A stretch of DNA of 63,302 nucleotides, filler included, from Mitosporidium daphniae (lineage: Eukaryota): NCBI RefSeq assembly GCF_000760515.2. It is 4 parts of 4 records of this genome, joined end to end, with 100 filler letters (N's around TTAATTAATTAA, not from the genome) between each part and the next. Parts side by side here need not be neighbours in the genome. Positions count along the whole stretch, not along the records: positions 31,993 to 47,663 come from NW_013546720.1; positions 47,764 to 63,302 come from NW_013546719.1; 2 more parts are not named here. One strand, 5' to 3'. Every line of letters begins with the position of its first letter. Within the stretch, counting starts at the first letter, position 1. Below, one piece after another: positions 36,102 to 48,829 of this stretch. The position numbers and the translations under genes were made by a program. The notes under the pieces were generated by a model, which saw nothing but the letters and a program-made list of their open reading frames with translations, ran no database searches and was not told where the DNA came from.

Positions 36102-36674
36102 ATGCCAAGGCCAATTGTCTTTTCTGGCCCCANTGNTTCTGGAAAGACTACGCTTTTAAATATGTTGACAAACAAGTATCCCAATATGTTTGCATATTCT
36201 ATTGGATATACAACGCGTACGCCAAGAGCGGGAGAGGTTAATGGGATACATTATAATTTTGTGCCAAAGGAGACGTTTGAGGAAATGATTAAAAACAACG
36301 AGTTTTTGGAATGGTCTTGCTATTGCTGCAATTATTATGGGCAGGCAAAGAAAGGGGTCCAGGATATCATTGACCGTGGCATCAGCCCGATTTTAGCCAT
36401 CGACATGAATGGGGTAATGTCCATTAAAAAGATGGGGGGATCTGCTTTGAGGCCCAAGTTTGTGTTTATCCAGACACCATCGCTTGCTGTTTTGGATGAG
36501 CGGCTGTCGGCTCGAGGTACAGAATCCGAGATGCTAAGATTAAAACGCCTTGAAGAAGCACAACGCGAGCTTGAATATGCGTATTCCTCGCCCGGTGTCT
36601 ATGACCTTATTTTGATTAATGACAACATTGAGAGCTCTTTTGAGACTTTTGAAAAATTCGCCCTATCTGCTTGA
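36102..36674 (+). CDS. GUK1: Guanylate kinase
   Basis: RPIVFSGPxxSGKTT, TTRTPRAGEVNGIHYNFV, RLSARGTES. Confidence 0.95.
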   Translation: MPRPIVFSGPXXSGKTTLLNMLTNKYPNMFAYSIGYTTRTPRAGEVNGIHYNFVPKETFEEMIKNNEFLEWSCYCCNYYGQAKKGVQDIIDRGISPILAIDMNGVMSIKKMGGSALRPKFVFIQTPSLAVLDERLSARGTESEMLRLKRLEEAQRELEYAYSSPGVYDLILINDNIESSFETFEKFALSA

Positions 36675-36752
36675 CGACGGAAAAAGCAAATAAAACCCCT
36701 TTGAGTGTTTATTAAGGATTGCTTAATTAAATGAATGACGATATCAACAAGA

Positions 36753-37343
36753 TTAGCGGTTGGATTTGGCAACACGCTCAAGCTCGTCTTTCTTACGAAT
36801 AGCATAACTGGAGGACGAACCCTTGGCGGCATTGATGAGCTCATCGGAAAGGCATTCTGCAATGCTTTTGACGTTTCTGAAAGCAGCCTCGCGGGAACCA
36901 ATGGTAAGCAGGGCAATGGCTTGATTGACACGACGTAGAGGAGACACATCAACGGCTTGGCGACGAACAGCTCCAGATGATCCAATTCGGGTGGAATCTT
37001 CACGAGGCCCGGTATTCACAATTGCATCGACTACGACTTGGATGGGATTCTGATCGGTCATCAAGTTAATCAGCTCTAGCGCTTGCTTGACAATTCTGAC
37101 GGCAAGAACCTTCTTTCCATTGTTGCGGCCATTCATCATTAAAGAGTTGGTAAGGCGCTCAACAATGGGGCATTTAGCCTTTCTGAATCTCTTTGACGCA
37201 AATCTTCCTGCAGAATGTGGAAGATAAACCTGGTTTCCAAGCTCGATATAATCAACGAGGGAAATATCGTTACACTTGACGCCATCGTAGGACCACTTGT
37301 TGAAAAGCTTAACTTGTAGTTGTTCAGAGTCTACCTCAGTCAT
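36753..37343 (-). CDS. RPS5: 40S ribosomal protein S5 (uS7)
   Basis: [49 protein letters not shown]. Confidence 0.98.
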   Translation of the reverse strand: MTEVDSEQLQVKLFNKWSYDGVKCNDISLVDYIELGNQVYLPHSAGRFASKRFRKAKCPIVERLTNSLMMNGRNNGKKVLAVRIVKQALELINLMTDQNPIQVVVDAIVNTGPREDSTRIGSSGAVRRQAVDVSPLRRVNQAIALLTIGSREAAFRNVKSIAECLSDELINAAKGSSSSYAIRKKDELERVAKSNR

Positions 37344-37494
37344 TCCTATTTATGATTAGAGGAAAATATTTGAAGAACTAGAATGGATGAAAATGGGTAT
37401 CAAAAGGATCAAAAGAATCTGATCATCATGTTACCTTTGTTTGAGAAAATTAATAAATAAAATTTAAAAATTAAAATTTTAATGCAATTGAAGC

Positions 37495-37948
37495 TCAGTA
37501 TTGCTTCGAAATCGCCCTGGCAAGTTCCTGGAGGGATTCTGCATCGCCTTTTTTGGCCGGCCAATGAATGCCGAGGCCTTCATCTTTATTAGGCTTTGGG
37601 ATTATGTGAAAGTGGACGTGCTCGATTTCCTAAGTTATATAGATGCTACCAATAAACCTGATGGGCCTCTCTGCCGTTGTTTTGCAGAATATTATACTCC
37701 GTGACTCCGGTGACCGAAATTGAGGCTTGGGCGATCTTTTTGGCGACAGGTAAAATCTCATCAAGATACGCGTCTGGAACTTCATGCACTTTGGCAGCAT
37801 GGTATTTAGGGATGACCAAAATGTGGCCCATTGATAGGGGAAATAGATCCATAAATGCCAGCGTCTTTTGAGACTCGTAGACAATAGCAGAGGGTATTTC
37901 TTTCCTGATGATGCGACAAAACAGACAGGTTGCACACAATGAAGACAT
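37495..37948 (-). CDS. HNT1: HIT-family hydrolase (Hnt1/HINT), one intron
   Basis: CLFCRIIRKEIP, GHILVIPKYH, YNILQNNGREAHQ|EIEHVHFHIIPK. Confidence 0.93.
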
Positions 37949-37977
37949 TGGTTGATTTAATAAAAACCCGAATTTTT

Positions 37978-38343
37978 ATGATGATAAATTGTAATGGCCC
38001 CAAAAAATATGGGCTCAAAGGGAAGCTTCCTTGTCCATCGCCACAGCCACGGCCCGCGCCGATGCAAATATTTGATGAGGAGAGGAAAAAGGCGGCCCAA
38101 AACACTCTATTGTCGTATTTTACTTCGACCACGACATCTAATGATCCCTGGAGCCCTGCTAAAGACGAGCAACACGCACCTTTTGATGGAAATCGTAAAG
38201 AAAGCAAGCAATTATATTTGAGATTGGGACAAAAGGAAAATTTCCTTACTGAATGTCGCGAATGCTTCATGGCATATAACCCCTCATGTGTTGAGGACAG
38301 AAAGATACACAGCAAGTATCATAAGAAATGCTCTCTAAAGTAA
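37978..38343 (+). CDS. Small protein with PIP-box-like motif and Eco1/ESCO-type C2H2 zinc finger, no acetyltransferase domain
   Basis: QNTLLSYF; QLYLRLGQK...CRECFMAY...EDRKIHSKYH, then stop. Confidence 0.7.
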   Translation: MMINCNGPKKYGLKGKLPCPSPQPRPAPMQIFDEERKKAAQNTLLSYFTSTTTSNDPWSPAKDEQHAPFDGNRKESKQLYLRLGQKENFLTECRECFMAYNPSCVEDRKIHSKYHKKCSLK

Positions 38344-38868
38344 TTTATTTGCATTATATTCTTCATCCATGAGATGTCTCTCCAGGGATGAATATACATA
38401 GTGTACAAGATATTTGATAATAAACAGTGCCAGTATTATCAGGAATAGTATTAACGGAATTGAGCTCATGGGAATAACCTTGAACAGAACCGGCTCACTA
38501 ACTAAATCCAAATGTACGCCAATCCGTTACCAATAATGAACTCGATCTCCGGGATCTTTGTCTTGAAGATATTTCTGTGGTCCACAACGGAAACAACCAA
38601 TACATTTTTGTGAAATTTCAATTCAAAATCAATTGGATACTATGCAGACTTAACGGCCACATAAGCTTACATATGGGGAGTAGCATATCCGAACCTCACG
38701 GGAAGACCCCACTTGGCGGTCTATGGGAAATTCATAGGAATTGCCCACGAACTTGAGTCTATATTTGGCATAGTTTCCAGACATAATCCCACTGGAAGCA
38801 TATCCAAATCCCGACCAAATAAAACACATCCAAAAAAAAAGCAAGTTGACAACATGCGCGGCTTCCAT
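38335..38868 (-). CDS. Small type-I membrane protein, possibly Pga1-like (GPI mannosyltransferase II subunit), two introns
   Basis: Signal peptide, EVRICYSPY|YPIDF, EPVLFKVIP, C-terminal TM; family resemblance from memory only. Confidence 0.5.
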
Positions 38869-38924
38869 TACTTGTGGTGAACAGGGGACACGTAAAAATT
38901 TAAATTTCAAATAAAGCCTGCAAA

Positions 38925-39791
38925 ATGAAAAGTAGCCGCCGTCTATCACACTACATTTCTCTGGCATCAAGTGCATCATATAGATATGCCAGCGGAACTT
39001 ATTTGCTGGAAGGCTCAGAGCTAATACACGAATTCGTTTCACAAAACTCGCCCGTTCACGTCAAGTCGCTGTGCATGAGTAGAGACTTTCACTTGAATAA
39101 ACTTCCCAACCTCGCTGGCGAAAGAAAAGCCGCTTTGGAAAGTGTTTTGGCAAACTTTGCTGCAAACGATCCGGCATATTTGAAGTCGTATCAAATTAAC
39201 AGAATCACAGATAGCAATTCTGAGGGCATAGTAGCTGAGATTGAAATGATCGACCACAAATTTCCAAAGAAAAATATACTTATCCTTGATGGAATCAGAA
39301 ACCCTGGAAACATGGGGGCGCTCCTAAGATCCGCCGTGTATTTCAATTGGGATACGGTGGTCGTGATTCCAGAAGCAGCGGATCCATTTGGGGTTGCCTG
39401 TGTAAGGGCCGCCAGAAACGCACAATCTTATGTTGGGATTGAAACTATCAAGCCCGAAGGTCTTGAAGAAATATTTTCGCCCGATAGAACGCTTTTTTTA
39501 GCGATTCCCAGCCCGGTTGAGCGGTTGAATTTGAACGAGTATGGCGACCTAATGAAGGCCGGCAGCAAGGTGCTGATATTGGGCTCTGAGTCGCATGGAA
39601 TTTCCGAAAAGCTCCGAAACCACTGCAGAGAAGCAAAAAACGTCTACGAGGTGAATGTGTTAAATTTAAATCCAAAACAAATGGAGTCTTTAAATGTCTC
39701 AATAGCAGGGTCCATATTAATGTCCAAATTGCAGGACCTTAATGCTAATGAGGCGGTTCAAATTTCGAAATTAAACCGGTCAAATGTTTAA
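38925..39791 (+). CDS. SpoU/TrmH rRNA 2'-O-methyltransferase (mitochondrial MRM-type)
   Basis: LLEG, LILDGIRNPGNMGALLRSA, LILGSESHGIS, ESLNVSIAGSIL. Confidence 0.9.
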   Translation: MKSSRRLSHYISLASSASYRYASGTYLLEGSELIHEFVSQNSPVHVKSLCMSRDFHLNKLPNLAGERKAALESVLANFAANDPAYLKSYQINRITDSNSEGIVAEIEMIDHKFPKKNILILDGIRNPGNMGALLRSAVYFNWDTVVVIPEAADPFGVACVRAARNAQSYVGIETIKPEGLEEIFSPDRTLFLAIPSPVERLNLNEYGDLMKAGSKVLILGSESHGISEKLRNHCREAKNVYEVNVLNLNPKQMESLNVSIAGSILMSKLQDLNANEAVQISKLNRSNV

Positions 39792-39794
39792 GCT

Positions 39795-39890
39795 TCATGC
39801 AAGCATCAATATCCGTGTCATGCATGTATCAATATCCATGGCATGCAAGCATCAATATCCATGTCATGCATGCATCAATATCCGTGTCAT
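39795..39890. repeat. 23-bp tandem repeat, four copies
   Basis: Consensus KCATGCAWGYATCAATATCCRTG, units starting at 39795, 39818, 39841 and 39864. Confidence 0.92.
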
Positions 39891-39945
39891 AAATCAATCA
39901 ATCTTTCCAATACGGGATGGCCCGTTTTGAAAATTCTTTTCAGCG

Positions 39946-41765
<1,820 letters not shown>

Positions 41766-41977
41766 GCCAAGTGGCCATTGTAACAATAAAACAGCCTCTA
41801 AAACACCGGCCCCCCACCTGCAAAGATACAAAAACACCTGGATACGGCAACGGAATCCAATGGGTTGCTGTTAAGTATTCGTGTTTTATTAATTGCCAGT
41901 ATCTACATTGAACCCAAAAAATTGCCAATAAAATTATTATGATGGGGCAATAAATATTCTATATTGTGATATACAAG

Positions 41978-43516
41978 CTAATAATCGGGAAGCGAAGCCA
42001 GCAGCGAATCGGCAATGATGGACTCGGTAGACTCTTCTTCGCCGTTAATATTACAAGAATGCCCAGATTTATCTGCATCAAAGACACTAATTTTACAGGA
42101 AAGCGAGTTGGATGCGAACTTTGCTTTAAAGTCGCCAGACTCTTGTTTTGAGCAGTGTTCGCAAAGGTAATCGTTGCTTTCGACCACCGAAACCGATCTG
42201 TCGTAAGCATAGATATCGAAGGTCTTTGAGGACTCCAAAGAGCAATTGGCACTTGAGGCAGAATAGGGGGTCGTCGGATGCGAAGGAAACCCTTTAAATT
42301 CTCGCGAGCTGGAGCTTGATGAGGGGAACGATAACGATTGGCTACGCCTGGTCCTCATCCAATCAAAACCAAAGCCCACCGGAACGGCGAAAGTGGCGTC
42401 TCCTGCAGAACTAATACTAGGCGGCGATGATGAGGCAGAGGATACAGCAGAATTAGATAATAATGATAAATTATGATTGGTTGTTGGATTTACAAGATGT
42501 TCTAGCGATTCAAAAAAATGCGGACCAGACGCAGAATCGACATTCGATTTTACAAGGAGATCTTTTTGAAAGCCGTGATGAACTGGGCCATTGAACTGGT
42601 TATCTGACTCTATCTTTGCTTGGCCCGGGGGTTTTCCATTCATAAGCGTGCCAGCCTCAAGGTGGATAAAGCAACATCGCTTTCCATATGGGCAGTTTCC
42701 GAGCTCCCAAAACGTTCGGCAGATTTCGGTTTTGTATCTTGGATGGCGAGGTATTATTCGCAGCTCGGACTTGTCGTGTGCAAATTGACACTTGACACCA
42801 TATCGGCAGAAACCGGTCTCCTCAAATGTGCGGCAAAGCTCTGTCTTGTACAGCGATATTTTCTTTGGCAACGAGAGCAGCGAGTTGGATTCCGAGTAAA
42901 AAGGAACCTGGCCATTAGGCTTGATTGAGTGGAACGACTGAAACATATCCTGATTGGGCGAGCCCATATCACTAAAGTGGGATCCCTTCGATGAAAAGGA
43001 GTTGTGGTAGATGGAAGAATTTTCAAAGTGGTTCATTTGGGCAAACTTGTTTTCAAAATCTACATCCACTGCCGAGGAGGGCGAAGATGGCAGTGATAAT
43101 CCAAACGAGGAGCCATACTCCGGGTCACCACTGCCACCATTAATCGAATCAATGGTCGAGTGTCTCCTTGGCGCATGTGTGGATTGGTACATTGGATACA
43201 TATCAGCACTTGAATAGGAAGGGGCAAAGTTTCCCAAAATAAACATTGATTGAGTGGATGATGACCTCTCTTTTGGAGAAAATACAAATGATGATAGATT
43301 GTGATCGTTCTGATAGTGATTCTTGATACCAGTTTGATGACCCTCGCCATGAAATTCGTCCATCATGTATGCTGGCTCTGATTTGAAGGGAAATTCATCT
43401 TGATTGAGGAGACCCATATCAGACGATAAACGCGGGCTTTCCTTTGAAGGCGTTGTGGTTAGGATGGAATGAATACTGTCACTATCAAAACCTGATGGTG
43501 ATGACATGGACAACAT
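41978..43516 (-). CDS. Tandem CCCH zinc-finger ARE-binding protein (TIS11/TTP/Cth/Zfs1 family)
   Basis: [25 protein letters not shown] and [25 protein letters not shown]. Confidence 0.93.
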   Translation of the reverse strand: MLSMSSPSGFDSDSIHSILTTTPSKESPRLSSDMGLLNQDEFPFKSEPAYMMDEFHGEGHQTGIKNHYQNDHNLSSFVFSPKERSSSTQSMFILGNFAPSYSSADMYPMYQSTHAPRRHSTIDSINGGSGDPEYGSSFGLSLPSSPSSAVDVDFENKFAQMNHFENSSIYHNSFSSKGSHFSDMGSPNQDMFQSFHSIKPNGQVPFYSESNSLLSLPKKISLYKTELCRTFEETGFCRYGVKCQFAHDKSELRIIPRHPRYKTEICRTFWELGNCPYGKRCCFIHLEAGTLMNGKPPGQAKIESDNQFNGPVHHGFQKDLLVKSNVDSASGPHFFESLEHLVNPTTNHNLSLLSNSAVSSASSSPPSISSAGDATFAVPVGFGFDWMRTRRSQSLSFPSSSSSSREFKGFPSHPTTPYSASSANCSLESSKTFDIYAYDRSVSVVESNDYLCEHCSKQESGDFKAKFASNSLSCKISVFDADKSGHSCNINGEEESTESIIADSLLASLPDY

Positions 43517-43754
43517 TGGACATTTTCTTTTGGCTGAATTAGGGATGGTAATTCTGATGTGTCTGATAAAAACGATAAACCGCGATCAGTAGGGTATGCG
43601 ACGAAAGATGGGGAAAGCTGATATATGAAGGTCACTAAATTACCGGGAAATAAAATGACCAAATATCTGATGACGATCAGTGAATAAAAGTCAACTATGC
43701 GTGCGTATTATGATTACACATCCCGTTAACCCTAGTTTGTAGTTTTTAATTTTA

Positions 43755-44092
43755 ATGGCAATCCTTTCTAAATTGACAAGCAAAGAGTTCCGGTCGTATC
43801 TGATGAGTACTCACTTCTGGGGGCCCGCCATAACATGGGGAATCCCCATCGCAGGCATTGCAGACATGAAAAAGAGCCCCGAACTTATATCGGGCAGAAT
43901 GACGCTTGGTTCCTCTTATTCTTTTTACCCATAGCCTTGTGTATTTACTCGGCCTTGTTCATGCGATTTGCCTGGATGGTCAACCCGAGAAATCTGCAGC
44001 TAATGCTGGTACATGCGTCCAATGAGACCGTCCAATTGATACAGGGATTTCGTCTGGTCCAATACGAGCGATCAAAAATGGCCATCAGCTGA
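43755..44092 (+). CDS. MPC1: Mitochondrial pyruvate carrier 1, one intron
   Basis: [53 protein letters not shown]. Confidence 0.93.
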
Positions 44093-44447
44093 TTTCCATT
44101 TCCGGACTACGGTGATGAATGATGGCAAAGGGTTAGTCCCTGTGTGGCCAAAATTAAATTTTAGCCCAATTTGCAGCAATTTAAATGTAGTACGACGCCA
44201 TATAGCTTTTTGTCAAATACGATTGGTGCTAAACAGCCCCATCAGGATCAGTGATCGATGCATGTGAAAAGGGCCATGCTAGTCCCCAACCCTTCAACGC
44301 GATATTTGTGCCATGCCCTGACACAAATAAATGCGAATTAAATAATTTGGCAAAATATTTGTTGGCAACTCTATTATTGGACTCTTAAATACTTTTATTA
44401 TAGAGTTTGCTGATCTGATCTATTCCCACCAGCTGACCTCCTTTAGA

Positions 44448-45602
44448 ATGGATCCTGTCCCATCATTTCTTGCTACAGGCCCGTTTGACACTGCCGCCAA
44501 CAACGGTGCATCTTCTTCTTTTTCTGTTCGCAACGAATCAGGATCGAGATCCTCCAATATTGTAACCAGTTTCTGATGTATAACCATAGGGGTCGAGGTT
44601 GTCTTTTCTGCAGCGTCTGACCAGGAGCTTCATTCTGGGCTGGAGAAGGTCCCCTGCAGCAACGATCATCTTCATCACCTCCTTCATCTTTGCCATATTC
44701 AAGGTTTCCCGTTTGCCCTCTTATTTCAATAGTTCACAGTGACCACAATTGTGTTGGGCATCAATTGGGACTCCCAATGCGATCGGCCTTTGTGGACATT
44801 TTTACTGATGTTAGACATCATCACTTTTATGAAGATCCCGTTTTTGCTTCTCGAAGCGATCTGGATGTTTCCTTTGGGCGTTAATTTTTATGCCACCTCT
44901 CGAGGACAATTTATCACATCCTCAAGGGACATCCTTGCCACTTGCCAACTTTTAATGCTATTCTTTGGCTCTGTTTGGGTCCTCTCCGCTAAGACATGCT
45001 CCACCACCGCGCCATCTCTGTATATCACCTCAATTGCGTGGATTATTTATGCATCCTTTTTGCTCTTCTTTCCTCTTTTTCTATGTTTTTTGGTTCTATT
45101 CTGCCTTCCGGTGGCCATTCTTATCATAAGAAGTCGAAATGGATTTGCCGCAGATCCCTTTGGGTCGACCTCTGGTGCGAGAGGCCTCTCTCCGGAAAGG
45201 ATTTCTTCCATCCCCACTGAGGTTTATCACAAGAGTTCTTCTATAGACTCGCCCACTAGTTCGGATATTTGCATTCGAACTTCAGGGTCTCTTTTGCTAA
45301 GTGGAAGACAAAGGAATAATTCAAGCGGCGATGTTTGCGCCATTTGCCTGTCACCCTATGATAACAATAACATTCTTCGATGTCTTCCTTGCCAACATCG
45401 GTTCCACATCGAGTGCATAGACTCATGGCTTTCTGTTTCTGCAACGTGCCCTCTTTGTGTCAGACGGATTGGAGATGATGAGGCTACCACTCCTACCATT
45501 GAAGTTGGAGATTCAGCGATCCCTTCAGAGGGCCAAAGAGTTCCTTCCAATGCTAATATGTCTCCATCAGAAATGATGGTTCCGTTCGCCTCAATTGTGT
45601 AA
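44448..45602 (+). CDS. Transmembrane RING-H2 E3 ubiquitin ligase, multi-exon
   Basis: CDRPL and TCSTTAPSLY TM region, GL motif, CAICLSPY...LPCQHRFHIECIDSWLSVSATCPLC. Confidence 0.88.
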
Positions 45603-45778
45603 ATAAATAACCGATTAATTTTAACGAGGAGAACGGAGAGAGGCGGTGTTTGGGACACCAAAACCGCATACCCTGCTGTTGAGGTTTAAGCTATCGCGGT
45701 TTTGAAGTTTTTACCTTTTCAATACGCGGTTTTTCAAAGGGAATACGGGGATTTATTGTGTCCATTTAAGGTTAATGA

Positions 45779-47134
45779 TTAACTGTTGCGGGTGGAAAGC
45801 CCACCCGTTGATCCGAGTCTAATGAGATTTTGTGCATTCAAGGGTCGACGTCCACCCCTCCCCCTAGAGGAGCCTCTTGCGCGTCTAGATGTGTTGTAAA
45901 CCGGTCTCTCTGACTTTCTTGATCTAAGTGAAGACACTCTGTGGCGGAATAATTCGTCATCTTCTTCTTCTGACGCTTGGTTGGAACCGGAACTGGAGGA
46001 ATTGTCATCTAGAGTCAAGTATAGGAAATTACCCTGAGTGTGGTTATATTTTGCCTTCGGTTTTCGGCCTCTTTTTTTTTGTGGGGCTGGGATTTTTTTC
46101 TTCGTTTCCGATCTGGATTCCTTATCAGAAAATGGATTCATGTTTTCGTTTTCGTCTTCATCTTCGGAAGATGTGTTGATATTTTCATCCTCATCTCTAT
46201 CCTGGGACAGGTTATCTTCATTTGACGACGACGACGAAGAAGAAGAAGAAGAAGAAGAAGTAAATGCCGGTTTTGGTGAATATTTTTCCGTTTGAAACTT
46301 TTTTCTATCACCGAGAGTTTCTTCTTCTGCCTCGGATTCTTCATTGCCGCTTGTGGCGGAGGATTCGCTTACTTGAAATCTTCTTATTGCATGGGAAGAC
46401 TGGTAAGAAGCCGATGCTCTTCCTCGTTTGTATCCTCTTCCCCCTCTTCTCTTGCCATAAGCTCCGCGACGTCTACCTGAACCACGGGGTCGTCCGACCT
46501 TTGAAGCCGGTTGAAATGTTGTTTTGGCGTCCCCACCACCGCCACCGCCACCAGCATCACGGTCTTCGTCATCATGCGTGTTATGATATGCCTCTATTTT
46601 TGCTGGATAAAGGTTGCTCGACACCTGAGCCGATCTACTTGAATAAATCAAATCAGTCTCTTCATCGGCACTGAGTGGGTGGTGATTCTGATGGCTTTCG
46701 AGATCTTTTCCGTATTCAAATAAAGACGAAATAGATGAATTTACAGGAAGTATCATATTTGTGGCCGTGCTGGTAAGGCTGCTCAACGGCGGTGTTATCA
46801 ACTGAGATTCTTTGGGAAAGACTCCATTGATTTCATTTAAAAACAAAACTTTGCTCCAATTGACATCTTGGAATAAGAAAACGTTTGGTCCCACAATACT
46901 GGCTGATTTTGGCATGCTTTTAAACACCTCGAAATTCTTGTTCGTAGTGGAGGAAGAGAATAAAGACTTTTTGTCTGGCGATGCCGAATTGTGATGGCAT
47001 TTAAAAGACGAAGGCGAGAGCAAAAATCTTTTTCTCCCTATTTTGTGGCCACAATTGTCATAAAACCTTTCTGAATATAAATAGCTGTGTTGATCCTTTC
47101 CCACTCGTGAATAGGGATCTGGAGATGTTTCCAT
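45779..47134 (-). CDS. Low-complexity, probably nuclear protein with AT-hook-like motifs
   Basis: KVGRPRGSG, KKRGRKPK, RGG tracts, Ser/acidic runs. Confidence 0.65.
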   Translation of the reverse strand: METSPDPYSRVGKDQHSYLYSERFYDNCGHKIGRKRFLLSPSSFKCHHNSASPDKKSLFSSSTTNKNFEVFKSMPKSASIVGPNVFLFQDVNWSKVLFLNEINGVFPKESQLITPPLSSLTSTATNMILPVNSSISSLFEYGKDLESHQNHHPLSADEETDLIYSSRSAQVSSNLYPAKIEAYHNTHDDEDRDAGGGGGGGDAKTTFQPASKVGRPRGSGRRRGAYGKRRGGRGYKRGRASASYQSSHAIRRFQVSESSATSGNEESEAEEETLGDRKKFQTEKYSPKPAFTSSSSSSSSSSSSNEDNLSQDRDEDENINTSSEDEDENENMNPFSDKESRSETKKKIPAPQKKRGRKPKAKYNHTQGNFLYLTLDDNSSSSGSNQASEEEDDELFRHRVSSLRSRKSERPVYNTSRRARGSSRGRGGRRPLNAQNLIRLGSTGGLSTRNS

Positions 47135-47246
47135 GTAATAAAAAATTAAAACAATGACAAGCCAAATAGAAAAGCTGATTTTACGTTTTTAAAACTGACA
47201 AATAACAAATATTTTTGTACCATTTATCAGATTTTTATTTTGCAAA

Positions 47247-47663
47247 ATGGACATTAATTTTAATGCCCATTTTTTCCAGGCTGTTGAGTCCGAATTGAGC
47301 GCCAAGGATGACATGTCATTTTATAACGATCGTGATAGCGATGATGGAGAAAAATATGCAAAGGAAGAAAATAGTAGCTGTTGCGATCAATTCTCAAAGG
47401 CCAGTCAAAATGGAGATGTTTTTCCTGTGGACTCGAGAAAATCGCGGATCGAGGCGGATGACACAAGCTCTAAAGATTCAAAAGCCTCTTTGCAATCGAG
47501 CATTGAAAAGCCGAAAGTTTCTGCCGAAGAGTACGATTACTTTAAAAAGTTAGCTTTTTTTGCTTCCAACAAAAACGCGAACACCTCGCAAATGTACTGT
47601 GATTTGCATTTAATTTATAGACAAATGCACAGGAATCTCCAAATATCGTCTGCATTTTTTTTT
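47247..47663 (+). CDS. Hypothetical protein, 3'-truncated
   Basis: ATG ORF running into the gap; no motif recognised. Confidence 0.5.
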
Positions 47664-47763
47664 NNNNNNNNNNNNNNNNNNNNNNNNNNNNNNNNNNNNN
47701 NNNNNNNTTAATTAATTAANNNNNNNNNNNNNNNNNNNNNNNNNNNNNNNNNNNNNNNNNNNN
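47664..47763. other. Artificial contig spacer
   Basis: N44-TTAATTAATTAA-N44. Confidence 0.98.
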
Positions 47764-48686
47764 ATGACGAAGAAATACCATCTTCTGCCTCCGGTTTTTC
47801 TACCGCAGTACAATCTTCAAAAGGATCACATTCAACTCCATCATCTGCTAACAAAATGCCAATTGAAGATCTTATTGATTGTCTATCGCCTATTTCTGGC
47901 CGCCAATATTCATTAGCCGCCTATGATGGGTACAAAAAAAGGGTTTCCATTATCTTTAACCATGAAGATTGGGGACATTGTACGAGCTGGTTAGTCTCTC
48001 TTTCATCTTTACAAAGCAAAATTCCATTATTGCACAAGCCGGCCACTACCTTTTGCCCGCCAAAAAATCCAGCCACAAACATTATAATGATTGCTCATGG
48101 TACGGGAATAGCTCCTTTCCATTCGTTCTTGCAGTCTTTATGCAGCGATCATGAAAGGACCGTTTGGCTAATTTACGGGTGTAAAAACGAACAACATTTT
48201 CCCTTCAAGGAAGAAATTGACAAATTTCTCAACTTGGGAAGTTTAACGAAACTTTCAGTCGCCTATTCAAGACCAGAAACAGAGGAAGACATCACCTATC
48301 CCGCAAATAACAATGGCATCATCGCAAATAATATTTTTAAAGAAAAAAATTCGCATCACCAACACAATAGCAAAGAAGGATCCCATAATAGCGAGCCATC
48401 TTCGAAACACCACAAGGACCTTCCCTATATAAACGATGATCGACAAAGATATGTTCAGGAAATTATCTGGAAGGAGCGGCAAACCTTTTCTTCTCTCATG
48501 ATTGGTGATGGGAAGAATCCTCAAACTTCAGTTTACATTTGCGGTGATCAATCAAAAATGGTTCCGGAGCTTCTTGACGCAATTGCCCGTTCAATGGATG
48601 CCGTAGGTCAGAGCGAATGCACGGGCAAGGATTTGGTAAACCAGTGGACTTCTTTGGGTAGGATCCTGCGTGAACTTTGGGTCTAA
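47764..48686 (+). CDS. Diflavin oxidoreductase FAD/NADP-binding C-terminus (MTRR/CPR/NDOR1 family), probably 5'-truncated
   Basis: RQYSLA, GHCTSWL, IMIAHGTGIAPF, LIYGC, YVQ, YICG, penultimate Trp (ELWV). Confidence 0.85.
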
Positions 48687-48829
48687 CGAAACAGATGCTG
48701 TCGTTTTATTTGGTAAAATGGACTACTCTGGCTGTTACTTGGGAGGCTAGGGTTAGGGTTAGAACAAACAAGCCCAGGCATGCAAATAAAAAATTTACTA
48801 AAATAACCATCTCGACAAAGCTGAGCGGC

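Noticed and set aside
39795..39890. Regular direct repeats as a possible CRISPR array
   Set aside because: Units are contiguous with no unique spacers, there are no cas genes, and the context is eukaryotic.
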